The notes under the pieces: model-generated
Told to the model about the DNA's origin: nothing
The model's input: only the letters and a program-made list of their open reading frames with translations
Database searches by the model: none
Source of the DNA: Octopus sinensis
Taxonomy: Eukaryota
NCBI RefSeq assembly: GCF_006345805.1
Contig: NC_043021.1
Span: 1,178,001 to 1,242,000 of the forward strand
Direction: 5' to 3'
Length of the DNA stretch: 64,000 bases
Made by a program: the position numbers and the translations under genes
Shown: positions 1 to 14,870 of the stretch, in pieces
Position numbering within the stretch: position 1 is the stretch's first letter
Layout of the letters: each line of letters opens with the position of its first letter

Positions 1-3000
1 ATGAGGGTATAAGCTGGTCAGTGGTAGGAAGGCAAAATGTCAGGGGAGTTGATTAGGAGGATATAAGCTGGTCAGTGGTAGGATTGCAAAATGTCAGGGG
101 AGTTGAATATGAGGGTATAAGCTGGTCAGTGGTAGGAAGGCAAAATGTCAGGGGAGTTGAATATGAGGGTATAAGCTGGTCAGTGGTAGGAAGGCAAAAT
201 GTCAGGGGTGTTGAATATGAAGGTATAAGCTGGTCAGTGGTAGGAAGGCAAAATGTCAGGGGAGTTGAATAGGAGGATATAAGCTGGTCAGTGGTAGGAT
301 TGCAAAATGTCAGGGGAGTTGAATATGAGGGTATAAGCTGGTCAGTGGTAGGAAGGCAAAATGTCAGGGGAGTTGAATATGAGGGTATAAGCTGGTCAGT
401 GGTAGGAAGGCAAAATGTCAGGGGAGTTGAATATGAGGGTATAAGCTGGTCAGTGGTAGGATGGCAAAAGGTCAGGGGAGTTGAATATGGGGGTATAAGC
501 TGGTCAGTGGTAGGATGGCAAAACGTCAGGGGAGTGGAATATGAGGGTATAAGCTGGTCAGTGGTAGGAAGGCAAAATGTCAGGGGAGTTGAATATGATG
601 ATATAAGCTGGTCAGTGGTAGGATGGCAAAATGTCAGGGGAGTTTAATATGAGGATATAAGCTGGTCAGTGGTAGGATGGCAAAATGTCAGTGGAGTTGA
701 ATATGAGGATATAAGCTGGTCAGTGGTAGGATTGCAAAATGTCAGGGGAGTTGAATATGAGGATATAAGCTGGTCAGTGGTAGGATGGCAAAACGTCAGG
801 GGAGTTGAATATGAGGGTATAAGCTGGTCAGTGGTAGGATGGCAAAATGTCAGGGGAGTGGAATATGAGGGTAATAGCTGGTCTGTGGTAGGATGGCAAA
901 ACGTCAGGGGAGTTGAATATGAGGATATAAGCTGGTCAGTGGTAGGATGGCAAAATGTCAGGGGAGTGAATATGAGGATATAAGCTGGTCAGTGGTAGGA
1001 TGGCAAAATGTCAGGGGAGTTATGAGGATATAAGCTGGTCAGTGGTAGGATGGCAAAATGTCAGGGGAGTTGAATATGAGGGTATAAGCTGGTCAGTGGT
1101 AGGATGGCAAAATGTCAGGGGAGTGGAATATGAGGATATAAGCTGGTCAGTGGTAGGATGGCAAAACGTCAGGGGAGTTGAATATGAGGTATAAGCTGGT
1201 CAGTGGTAGGAAGGCAAAATGTCAGGGGAGTTGAATATGAGGGTATAAGCTGGTCAGTGGTAGGAAGGCAAAATGTCAGGGGAGTTGATTAGGAGGATAT
1301 AAGCTGGTCAGTGGTAGGAGGATTGCAAAATGTCAGGGGAGTTGAATATGAGGGTATAAGCTGGTCAGTGGTAGGAAGGCAAAATGTCAGGGGAGTTGAA
1401 TATGAGGGTATAAGCTGGTCAGTGGTAGGGAGGCAAAATGTCAGGGGTGTTGAATATGAAGGTATAAGCTGGTCAGTGGTAGGAAGGCAAAATGTCAGGG
1501 GAGTTGAATAGGAGGATATAAGCTGGTCAGTGGTAGGATTGCAAAATGTCAGGGGAGTTGAATATGAGGGTATAAGCTGGTCAGTGGTAGGAAGGCAAAA
1601 TGTCAGGGGAGTTGAATATGAGGGTATAAGCTGGTCAGTGGTAGGAAGGCAAAATGTCAGGGGTGTTGAATATGAGGGTATAAGCTGGTCAGTGGTAGGA
1701 TGGCAAAATGTCAGGGGAGTTGAATATGAGGGTATAAGCTGGTCAGTGGTAGGAAGGCAAAATGTCAGGGGAGTTGAATATGAGGGTATAAGCTGGTCAG
1801 TGGTAGGAAGGCAAAATGTCAGGGGAGTTGAATATGAGGGTATAAGCTGGTCAGTGGTAGGAAGGCAAAATGTCAGGGGAGTTGAATATGAGGGTATAAG
1901 CTGGTCAGTGGTAGGAAGGCAAAATGTCAGGGGAGTTGAATATGAGGATATAAGCTGGTCAGTGGTAGGATTGCAAAATGTCAGGGGAGTTGAATATGAG
2001 GGTATAAGCTGGTCAGTGGTAGGATGGCAAAATGTCAGGGGAGTTGAATATGAGGGTATAAGCTAGTCAGTGGTAGGAAGGCAAAATGTCAGGGGAGTTG
2101 AATATGAGGGTATAAGCTGGTCAGTGGTAGGAAGGCAAAATGTCAGGGGAGTTGAATATGAGGGTATAAGCTGGTCAGTGGTAGGAAGGCAAAATGTCAG
2201 GGGAGTTGAATAGGAGATATAAGCTGGTCAGTGGTAGGATTGTAAAATGTCAGGGGAGTTGAATATGAGGGTATAAGCTGGTCAGTGGTAGGAAGGAAAA
2301 TGTCAGGGGAGTTGAATATGAGGGTATAAGCTGGTCAGTGGTAGGAAGGAGGTAAAATGTCAGGGGAGTTGAATATGAGGATATAAGCTGGTCAGTGGTA
2401 GGATGGCAAAACGTCAGGGGAGTTGAATATGAGGATATAAGCTGGTCAGTGGTAGGATGGCAAAATGTCAGGGGAGTAGAATATGAGGATATAAGCTGGT
2501 CAGTGGTAGGATGGCAAAACGTCAGGAGTTGAATATGAGGGTATAAGCTGGTCAGTGGTAGGATGGCAAAATGTCAGGGGAGTTGAATATGAGGGTATAA
2601 GCTGGTCAGTGGTAGGATGGCAAAATGTCAGGGGAGTTGAATATGAGGGTATAAGCTGGTCAGTGGTAGGATGGCAAAACATCAGGGGAGTTGAATATGA
2701 GGATATAAGCTGGTCAGTGGTAGGATGGCAAAATGTCAGGGGAGTTGAATATGAGGTATAAGCTGGTCAGTGGTAGGATGGCAAAAGGTCAGGGGAGTTG
2801 AATATGAGGGTATAAGCTGGTCAGTGGTAGGATGGCAAAACGTCAGGGGAGTGGAATATGAGGGTATAAGCTGGTCAGTGGTAGGAAGGCAAAATGTCAG
2901 GGGGGAGTTGAATGATGATATAAGCTGGTCAGTGGTAGGATGGCAAAATGTCAGGGGAGTTGAATATGAGGATATAAGCTGGTCAGTGGTAGGATGGCAA

Positions 3001-5230
3001 AATGTCAGTGGAGTTGAATATGAGGATATAAGCTGGTCAGTGGTAGGATTGCAAAATGTCAGGGGAGTTGAATATGAGGATATAAGCTGGTCAGTGGTAG
3101 GAAGGCAAAATGTCAGGGGAGTTGAATATGAGGATATAAGCTGGTCAGTGGTAGGATGGCAAAATGTCAGGGGAGTTGAATATGAGGATATAAGCTGGTC
3201 AGTGGTAGGAAGGCAAAATGTCAGGGGAGTTGAATATGAGGATATAAGCTGGTCAGTGGTAGGATGGCAAAATGTCAGGGGAGTTGAATATGAGGATATA
3301 AGCTGGTCAGTGGTAGGATTGCAAAATGTCAGGGGAGTTGAATATTAGGATATAAGCTGGTCAGTGGTAGGATGGCAAAATGTCAGGTGAGTTGAATATG
3401 AGGATATAAGCTGGCCAGTGGTAGGATGGCAAAATGTCAGGGGAGTTGAATATGAGGATATAAGCTGGTCAGTGGTAGGATGGCAAAATGTCAGGGGAGT
3501 TGAATATGAGGATATAAGCTGGTCAGTGGTAGGATTGCAAAATGTCAGGGGAGTTGAATATGAGGATATAAGCTGGTCAGTGGTAGGAAGGCAAAATGTC
3601 AGGGGTGTTGAATATGAGGATATAAGCTGGTCAGTGGTAGGATGGCAAAATGTCAGGGGAGTTGAATATGAGGCTATAAGCTGGTCAGTGGTAGGATTGC
3701 AAAATATCAGGGGAGTTGAATATGAGGATATAAGCTGGTCAGTGGTAGGATGGCAAAATGTCAGGGGAGTTGAATATGAGGATATAAGCTGGTCAGTGGT
3801 AGGATGGCAAAATGTCAGGGGAGTTGAATATGAGGATATAAGCTGGTCAGTGGTAGGAAGGCAAAATGTCAGGGGAGTTGAATATGAGGATATAAGCTGG
3901 TCAGTGGTAGGATGGCAAAATGTCAGGGGAGTTGAATATGATGATATAAGCTGGTCAGTGGTAGGATGGCAAAATGTCAGGGGAGTTGAATATGAGGATA
4001 TAAGGTGGTCAGTGGTAGGATGGCAAAACGTCAGGGGAGTTGAATATGATGATATAAGCTGGTCAGTGGTAGGATGGCAAAATATCAGGGGAGTTGAATA
4101 TGAGGATATAAGCTGGTCAGTGGTAGGATGGCAAAATGTCAGGGGAGTTGAATATGATGATATAACCTGTTCAGTGGTAGGATTGCAAAATGTCAGGGGA
4201 GTTGAATATGAGGATATAAGCTGGTCAGTGGTAGGATGGCAAAATGTCGGGGGAGTTGAATTTGACGATATAAGCTGGTAGCTGGTAGGATGGCAAAATG
4301 TCAGGGGAGTTGAATATGAGGATATAAGCTTGTCAGTGGTAGGATGGCAAAATGTCAGGGGAGTTGAATATGATGATATAAGCTGGTCAGTGGTAGGATT
4401 GCAAAATGTCAGGGGAGTTGAATATGAGGATATAAGCTGGTCAGTGGTAGGATTGCAAAATGTCAGGGGAGTTGAATATGAGGATATAAGCTGGTCAGTG
4501 GTAGGATGGCAAAATGTCAGGGGAGTTGAATATGAGGATATAAGCTGGTCAGTGGTAGGATGGCAAAATGTCAGGGGAGTTGAATATGAGGATATAAGCT
4601 GGTCAGTGGTAGGATGGCAAAATGTCAGGGGAGTTGAATATGAGGATATTAGCTGGTCAGTGGTAGGATTGCAAAATGTCAGGGGAGTTGAATATGATGA
4701 TATAAGCTGGTCAGTGGTAGGATGGCAAAATGTCAGGGGAGTTGAATATGAGGATATATGCTGGTCAGTGGTAGGATGGCAAAATGTCAGGGGAGTTGAA
4801 TATGAGGATATAAGCTGGTCAGTGGTAGGATGGCAAAATGTCAGGGGAGTTGAATATGAGGATATAAGCTGGTCAGTGGTAGGATGGCAAAATGTCAGGA
4901 GAGTTGAATATGAGGATATAAGCTGGTCAGTGGTAGGATTGCAAAATGTCAGGGGAGTTGAATATGAGGATATAAGCTGGTCAGTGGTAGGATGGCAAAA
5001 TGTCAGGGGAGTGGAATATGAGGATATAAGCTGGTCAGTGGTAGGATTGCAAAATGTCAGGGGAGTTGAATATGAGGATATAAGCTGGTCAGTGGTAGGA
5101 TGGCAAAATGTCAGGGGAGTTGAATATAAGGATATAAGCTGGTCAGTGGTAGGATGGCAAAATGTCAGGGGAGTTGAATATGATGACATAAGGTGGTCAG
5201 TGGTAGGATGGCAAAACGTCAGGGGAGTTC
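1..5230. repeat. 54-bp tandem minisatellite, about 97 units, runs off the window start
   Basis: Consensus GAATATGAGGATATAAGCTGGTCAGTGGTAGGATGGCAAAATGTCAGGGGAGTT repeated head-to-tail. It produces the 18-aa repeat ORFs on both strands. Confidence 0.98.
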
Positions 5231-7413
5231 AGGAATAACTTTAGCATGAAAACTGATCGTCTTCATGCGTTGAGATGCTTTCTTGGGAATGTCTCATTCT
5301 TTAGTAATGGTAGAAGACTGAAATGGCATCTTAGGCGCATGCTGGGATTGTGTGGGAGTAGTCGATATGAAAGGGGTTGTGAAAGTCACGCAAACCTTCT
5401 CAGACAGCTTCAACTGTTCTGAAGTATGAACTGGATTTCCCAAATTTAACAATGTGGACATGAAAAAAACGCATTGCAGCTTTGAAGTAATAGCTAGAAA
5501 GTGTATGTTTTTTAAGGTCAATGAATAAGGATAATGCAGAGTGTCCGCAATTTCAGCCTATCGGCTACACAAGCCCACTTAAGTAGAACATAGAAGCCGG
5601 GTCCCGACTTTTGGGTATATGTCTCTGCGCCTTTCTCATCGTACAAAGCATTCAGGAAGCGGATAGGGAAATAGTTACGTGGCAGCTGATGGAGAAAATG
5701 TAGCGTTCTGAAGATGGTCATTAGAAGGAAATCAATTCACCAAAGACCTAGCGACCGAAAGTAAATGATTAGAAAGAAGAAATAGGGAGAAAATTAGACG
5801 AATCAACTAGAAAATGCCGAAAATGGCTCTCAACTATTTCCTTCGACGTGAAACATGATGATAGCATTTTAAGTGTTAAAGTGTTAAAGTTTCCTCTATA
5901 ACACGAGGAAACGAAAAGTGTTCGAAGGGTTTGCGTTTGTGGAGGCACGACGTTAGAAGAAAAACACAATCCGGGCCCTGATGAACCGGGACAAGTGCAT
6001 ACTACTCGATTCCAGACAGGTGTGTGTGGCTTTCTAGAAGCGCGTTGAGGGAAGAAGTGACTGAGTTGAGGAAGAAGTGCCTATCCAGATGGCCTGGGTT
6101 CTGGTCCTGTCCGGACATCTAACTCGATACGCATGGAGTTGAAGTTATGAATAGAGTACTGAGTGTTACCCACAGATGAATTTAGAGAAAACTATCCTTC
6201 AAAGAGGTGGTGAACAACGACAGTGTGTCCATCTTCAATAACTCCCCTTCCTCCTCCCCTCTTCTTCTCCCCCCTCTTCCTCCCCCTCTTCTTCTCCCCC
6301 CTCTTCCTCCCCCTCATCAAATACCTTGCCGTTTCATTTTAACTCCTAACGTCCTGAGTTGAAATTCCACCGAATACAGCTTTGCCTTTGTTCTGGCAGT
6401 CAATAAAATAAAGCCCTAATCAAGTAGGGGAGCCGATGGAGTCGACTCATCTCTTCTCCTCCATAAATTCCGCGTCTTGTGCCTATGTTCTGCATCTGGC
6501 CTCTTTGGTGGAGCTGTCGTCTGGAGTCAAGAGAAAACTACAATTGGGCACCCTGCATATCCTGATCTTCCCTCAACGCAATCGTTGGAAGTTCTGCAGA
6601 GAAGGAGCGACGATGCACTCGGAGAAATTCTACGCATCGACAACGACGGACTGGCACTTTTGTTGCGGAGGACTCTCGTGTCGGGGACTACCATGGATAA
6701 TTTCTATAGAACTCCTTAATTTGGAAATGCTACCGAAGGTTTTACCTTTCCAGACAAACACGAAAGTCTTGTTAAACGGGACTGCTCTAGATGCATACAG
6801 ATCTACGAACTCTCTCTGCATGCACAGAAGCAGTGACCGATTATTACTAACTTGTGGAGTGACATCGAATAACTATTGCCATGTGTAGGGTGGATCCGGC
6901 TGTAACCAAATTCGCGAAGATCATCCCTCCAACCTCCTTTAGTAAGAGAGGGAAAGAAGTTTTTGTCCGTCGGTGGCGATGGCGAAAGAGGTTATGTGGT
7001 AGACCAGAATGAGAGGACAAAGGAGAAACAATTTTCTCTTCAGCCAAGACTTCATCTATTTTCCAAGCTCCATCTGAAAAGAAGATGAGGCGAAGACGGA
7101 AGTGTCTTCCAGGAATTTATCAAAAGACGGGTGACTGAGGCGCAAATGGTTTCAGTGGATGCAGCTGCTCTGAGTAAATTAGAGACCGAACCAACAAGCA
7201 GAAGATTGGTTGATATTTAATCTGTGAGGATTCCTGATTGGTCCTAGTTGTACCTCTTCCTCTTTCGAGAGGACTCTGTTATTTGTTGACTCTGTTTGCT
7301 TTTTTCCCGCCCCTCCTCTTTTCTTTCCTTCTCTTCAACTGCTTTTATTGAATATTCAAATTACAACTTGTTTTTCTAATATCCTGTTCAGTCAATGCCT
7401 TTCTAACACCCTT

Positions 7414-10130
<2,717 letters not shown>

Positions 10131-10302
10131 ACCACCACCATCATCTTCACTATTCCCCACTCCCACCATCACCATAAAGATCACCACCACCATCGCCGCC
10201 GCCGCCGCCGCCAGTATCACCTCTCACCTCACTACATTAAAGATACGGACATAAAACATTGCTTTGTCAACTATAACAACATCAACAAAAACAACAACAA
10301 CA

Positions 10303-10356
<54 letters not shown>

Positions 10357-10505
10357 GCTGCTGCTGCATCAAGTGAAGTTACAATTAAGTCATGTTGCTA
10401 TTTCAGCCCGTCGCTCTATCATCATCATCAACAACAACAACAATGAACTATAACAATAAAAATAGCATCGAGAACAATAGGAGAAAAATAATCCGTTGAA
10501 ATACC

Positions 10506-10511
10506 GAGAGA

Positions 10512-10588
<77 letters not shown>
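10506..10588. repeat. (GA)n tract in the proximal promoter region of the transferrin-like gene
   Basis: Directly visible, about 100 bp upstream of the TATA box. Confidence 0.9.
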
Positions 10589-10591
<3 letters not shown>

Positions 10592-10685
10592 AAACGAATG
10601 AGACAAAGCGATATGTTTGGGGAACCTTTCGCGCCATCAGGGTCGTGTAGTTGGGTGGTTGTGGCTGACAAGGGCAGCTTGAAAG

Positions 10686-10693
10686 TATAAAAG
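10686..10693 (+). promoter_or_regulatory. TATA box of the transferrin-like gene
   Basis: TATAAAAG 87 bp upstream of the ATG at 10773, with a candidate initiator (GCACTT) about 30 bp downstream of the box. Confidence 0.7.
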
Positions 10694-10772
10694 CAGCGAG
10701 AGCGAGAGCTTGGTTGGCACTTAAACCCGGCGGCGAAACAAGTGACTGAATCAACCGAGAATCACAAGAACA

Positions 10773-10830
10773 ATGGCATCTTCTGGCCCATTCCAACTCC
10801 TGCTGCTAATAATACTGGCCTCATTTGCAG
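10773..10830 (+). CDS. Transferrin-like exon 1 (signal peptide [19 protein letters not shown])
   Basis: ATG in CAATGG context, hydrophobic core, strong donor CAG|GTAAGT in phase 1 matching exon 2. Confidence 0.85.
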
Positions 10831-11639
10831 GTAAGTATATTTGATTCTTTATTTTAGTCATTCATATTCCTTATTATTATTTTTTTGCATTGGATGGTAA
10901 CAATTTGGTAGAAACAGCAGAGAGAAGGATCAAAAGTTGTGACCCTCAACATTTTCAAGACCCCCTGGCTTCAGTCTTATTTTTCAGTTACCTGAATTGA
11001 TAATTACTGTCTTCTCTACCAGTTATACATACAATAAACGCATTGTATCCTTTCTTAAAAAAGAAAAAAATTGCAAGGGCCTGAAATTAGCTGTCAGAAC
11101 CCAACTCTGAGAGCTACTTTCTCATCTAACATGTGGTACGTGGTCGACCAAAATGAGCCGTCAACCCAGCCGGATCCTCAATGAGGAGAAAACGGTTAGC
11201 AGGGTTTAACTCGAGAAGTCAAGCAGCATGACCAAACCGTCGGAGTAGGCGCTCCAGAATCATACAAGAAACAGGACGCATCCTAGTTTCTCTGCAGAGT
11301 TGTTGACTGGATACGAAATTAGACCAATGCTAAGCCATAATCCAGCGAAGTAACCTGGTAGCAAAGAGGTTGAGGCGGATACTAAGGGCCCCGGACAGTG
11401 TTCAAGTCTTACCAATATTAATCAGAACAGGGAGAACTAATGACCTAAAGAGCCAAACCCTTTGTCCTCCTGCACATCAAACACCCTTTCTCCAATAAAT
11501 CTACAACAGCACCACCATTTTCAAGATGACCCCAACGATTCCGATTCGATTTTTTAATCTGAAAAGGTTAAAGTTTATTTAGCATTAACATTTATGCAAC
11601 ACACACACACACACAAACACTCACACACGAACGCACACG

Positions 11640-11694
<55 letters not shown>

Positions 11695-11707
11695 ACGAAC
11701 GCACACG

Positions 11708-11756
<49 letters not shown>

Positions 11757-12001
11757 ACGAACGCACACGCACGCGCGCACACACACACAAATATAAACAC
11801 ACACACACACTCACACACGCGCGCACACACACAAATATAAACACATACACACGCGCACACATATAAGGCTGTGTGATAAGAAGCTTGCTTCCCAACAGCA
11901 TGGCACCTTGGGCAAGTATCTCCTACTACAACTCCGGCCCGACCAAAGCCTTGTAAGTGGATTTGGTAGACGGAAAATGAAAGAAGTCCGTCGAATATAT
12001 A

Positions 12002-12042
<41 letters not shown>

Positions 12043-13669
12043 GTGTGTGTGTATCCATGTGTGTATATGTATGTGTATCTCTGTGTCTGGGTTGTCCATC
12101 TTCCTTGCCGCTTGACAACCAGCGCTGGTGTTTATGTTCCCGAAACTTAGCGGTTCGGCAAAAAGACTGATAGAATAAGTACCAGACTTTAAAAAATAAG
12201 TCCTGAGGTCTTCAAGTTCTTCAAGGTCGTGCACCAACATGGCCTCGGGCTGTATGGTTGTTCTATAAAAAACTATACTGCTTAGCGTCTAATTCGGGGG
12301 CTGAAGTTGGGCACTTTAGCTTAATGGTAAGGCAATCAACCCGAGTCTTCGATGCATATGTGTTCGAGTCCCATGGTTGATTGCTGACAAAATTTCCCGC
12401 CTTGTAAGGGTAATTTTCCCAGTATTTTTGCTGTCCAAAATGCAACTCTGCGTTCTAAAAAATATCTTCATTTTTGTATTTCCCACTGGAAGAGCACCAG
12501 GTTTGGACGGTATTCTACTAGAGATCATCAGGTGCGCAAGGAGAGTTCTACATCGCCACTTGTTGAAGCTAATGTGTCAGTGCTGGGAGTGGAGAACAGT
12601 CCCGCAAAACATGAGAGATTGCAAAATTGTCACCCTATATAAGAACAAAGAGGACAGAAGCGACTACAATAACTACCGAGACATCTCGCTGTTAAGCATC
12701 ACAGGGGAGGTCTTGGCCCGCATAGTCCTAAACAGACTATAGAAAATTGCTGCGAGGGTATACCCCGAATCTCAGTGTAGCTTCAGATCAGAACACTACC
12801 ATCAACAGGATCTTCTCTCTTCGACAGTTACAGAAATGTCGAGAGCAAATACAGCCACTCTTGATCACTTTCATCGACCTCACAAAGGTCTTTGACCGAG
12901 TCAGTAGAGATGGCCTGTTCAAAATCCTTGCCAATATTGAGTGTTCTCCAAGACTCACCAGGAATGTCCAATCGTTTCACGCATATCTGAAAGGCATCGT
13001 TCAATTCGATGGTTCTTCTTCAGAGGCATGTGTAGCGGCGTAAATCTGGGCTGTGTGCTTGCTCCCATCCTATTCGGCAGCTTCTTCACAGTCATGCTGA
13101 AGCACTCATTTGGAACATCAACGGATGGTGTCTATCTTCACTTCAGATCCGACGGTAAACTCTTTAGCCTGTCGAGGCTGAAAGCAAAATCCAGGGTTCG
13201 TCAGGTAGTCATCAGAGAAATGCTGTTGGCGGACGACACAGCACTGACAGTGCATTATGGGGGACAAATGCAGCACCTCGTGGACAAACTCTCAAAAACC
13301 CGTCAGGAATTCAGCCTATCAGTCTGAAGGGGACCAACATACTAGGTCAGGGTGTCAAGTACCCACCTTCCACCATCGCCATCAACAACTACAAGCTGGA
13401 GGTAATTCATGAATTCCCCTACCTCGGCTCTACCATCTCTGATGACCTCTTCTGGAATCATAAGATCAGCAGGTGAACTGACCCACACACATGCGCACAA
13501 ACAAAAAGGAAAGCATTGTAAATAACGGACAGAGTCAAGACTATTGAAAAGGTTACAAGACGCAACGAAAATTTTAGGCAAATAAAAATAAGGAATTAGT
13601 GGAAATGTTACCGGTGAGTGTGTTATATTATGAGGCACAAAAAGAAAATGACTCTCCACGGACACAACA

Positions 13670-13707
<38 letters not shown>

Positions 13708-14807
13708 ATCTATACACACAGAATATACATACGTACGAATATATATATGACGACAATGATAATGGATCTTCGTCGTGTGACTACGAGGATTCAGTTGTTG
13801 GGTAAACTTAACGTGTATTGTTAGATTGATTCCCAGGAAGAACCTGCCTCAACATTCGATGTGACAACACTGGATCCTTAAATTACTAGAACAATCCATT
13901 CAATTGGCTTCTGTACAGTTTTCGCCAACCCAGTTCCTCTTATAAGATATTGGTAAATTTGAGTCTTTAGAAAATGACACAGACCCAAATTGCCATGCAT
14001 TGAGATCGAATCCAGAACGTCGTAGCTATGAAGCGAACCTCTTAAGTATTCGGTGCCTATTAAGGGATTGACAAGTTCAAAAAGAAGCTGTTTCCGGCTA
14101 CTTATAATAAAGAACTCATCTGAGAGTGCATAAAAATGTCTAATTCATTATCGTTAGTTCGACAGAATATATCCTGTTTCGCCTGTCACTAATCGGGAAC
14201 TCACGATGATTTTTCTGTCAGTTAACAAGACAATTTCTGAAGAACAAATCCTGACCCTGAAATATTGAAATATCAAGTAAAAAAACCCCATCGACTTGCG
14301 TTGGTTTTAATAACTTGTATTTTTATAACCTGTATACACATACATACATACATACATATGTGTGTGAGTTTGTGTATGAGAGAGAGAGAGAGAAAGAGAG
14401 AGATTGACTATCTTCCACTTCCATATTCCAGAAGCCAGTGAACCAAGACTTTGTGTGACTTCAGAGAAAGAAAGGCAGAAATGTAAAACATTCCAGAACA
14501 TTACATGTGTGAAAGGCTCCAGTGCTAGCGATTGCCTGGAAAAAATCGCTAAGAATTTGGCTGATATAACGAGTCTTGACGGAGGAAACATTTACAAAGC
14601 CGGCAAGTAAGTTTATTAATTAATTTATTTATTTATCATTGTTGTTGTTATTATCATTATTATTATCTTCTTTAAATTCTGTTTCCATTTTTTGCCGAGT
14701 GTCTTCCTGATACCTAAGGCAAAGAAACTCACGGTGTGCATTGGTAGGCCATTAGAATAAACACATCAGATTGTTCATTTACAAAGTTAGGTGATAGAAA
14801 AAAGGGA

Positions 14808-14870
<63 letters not shown>

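Noticed and set aside
1-5230. CRISPR array or repeat-protein gene
   Set aside because: There are no unique spacers and no cas genes, and the context is eukaryotic. Stops, frameshifts and non-synonymous variation argue against a protein.
10715-10772. Iron-responsive element in the transferrin 5' UTR
   Set aside because: The sequence is CAAGTGA rather than a CAGTGN loop, and there is no supporting stem.
14429-14434. NAGNAG acceptor (CAG AAG) at exon 2
   Set aside because: It is a real motif but would change only one residue near the signal cleavage site, and such sites are common.
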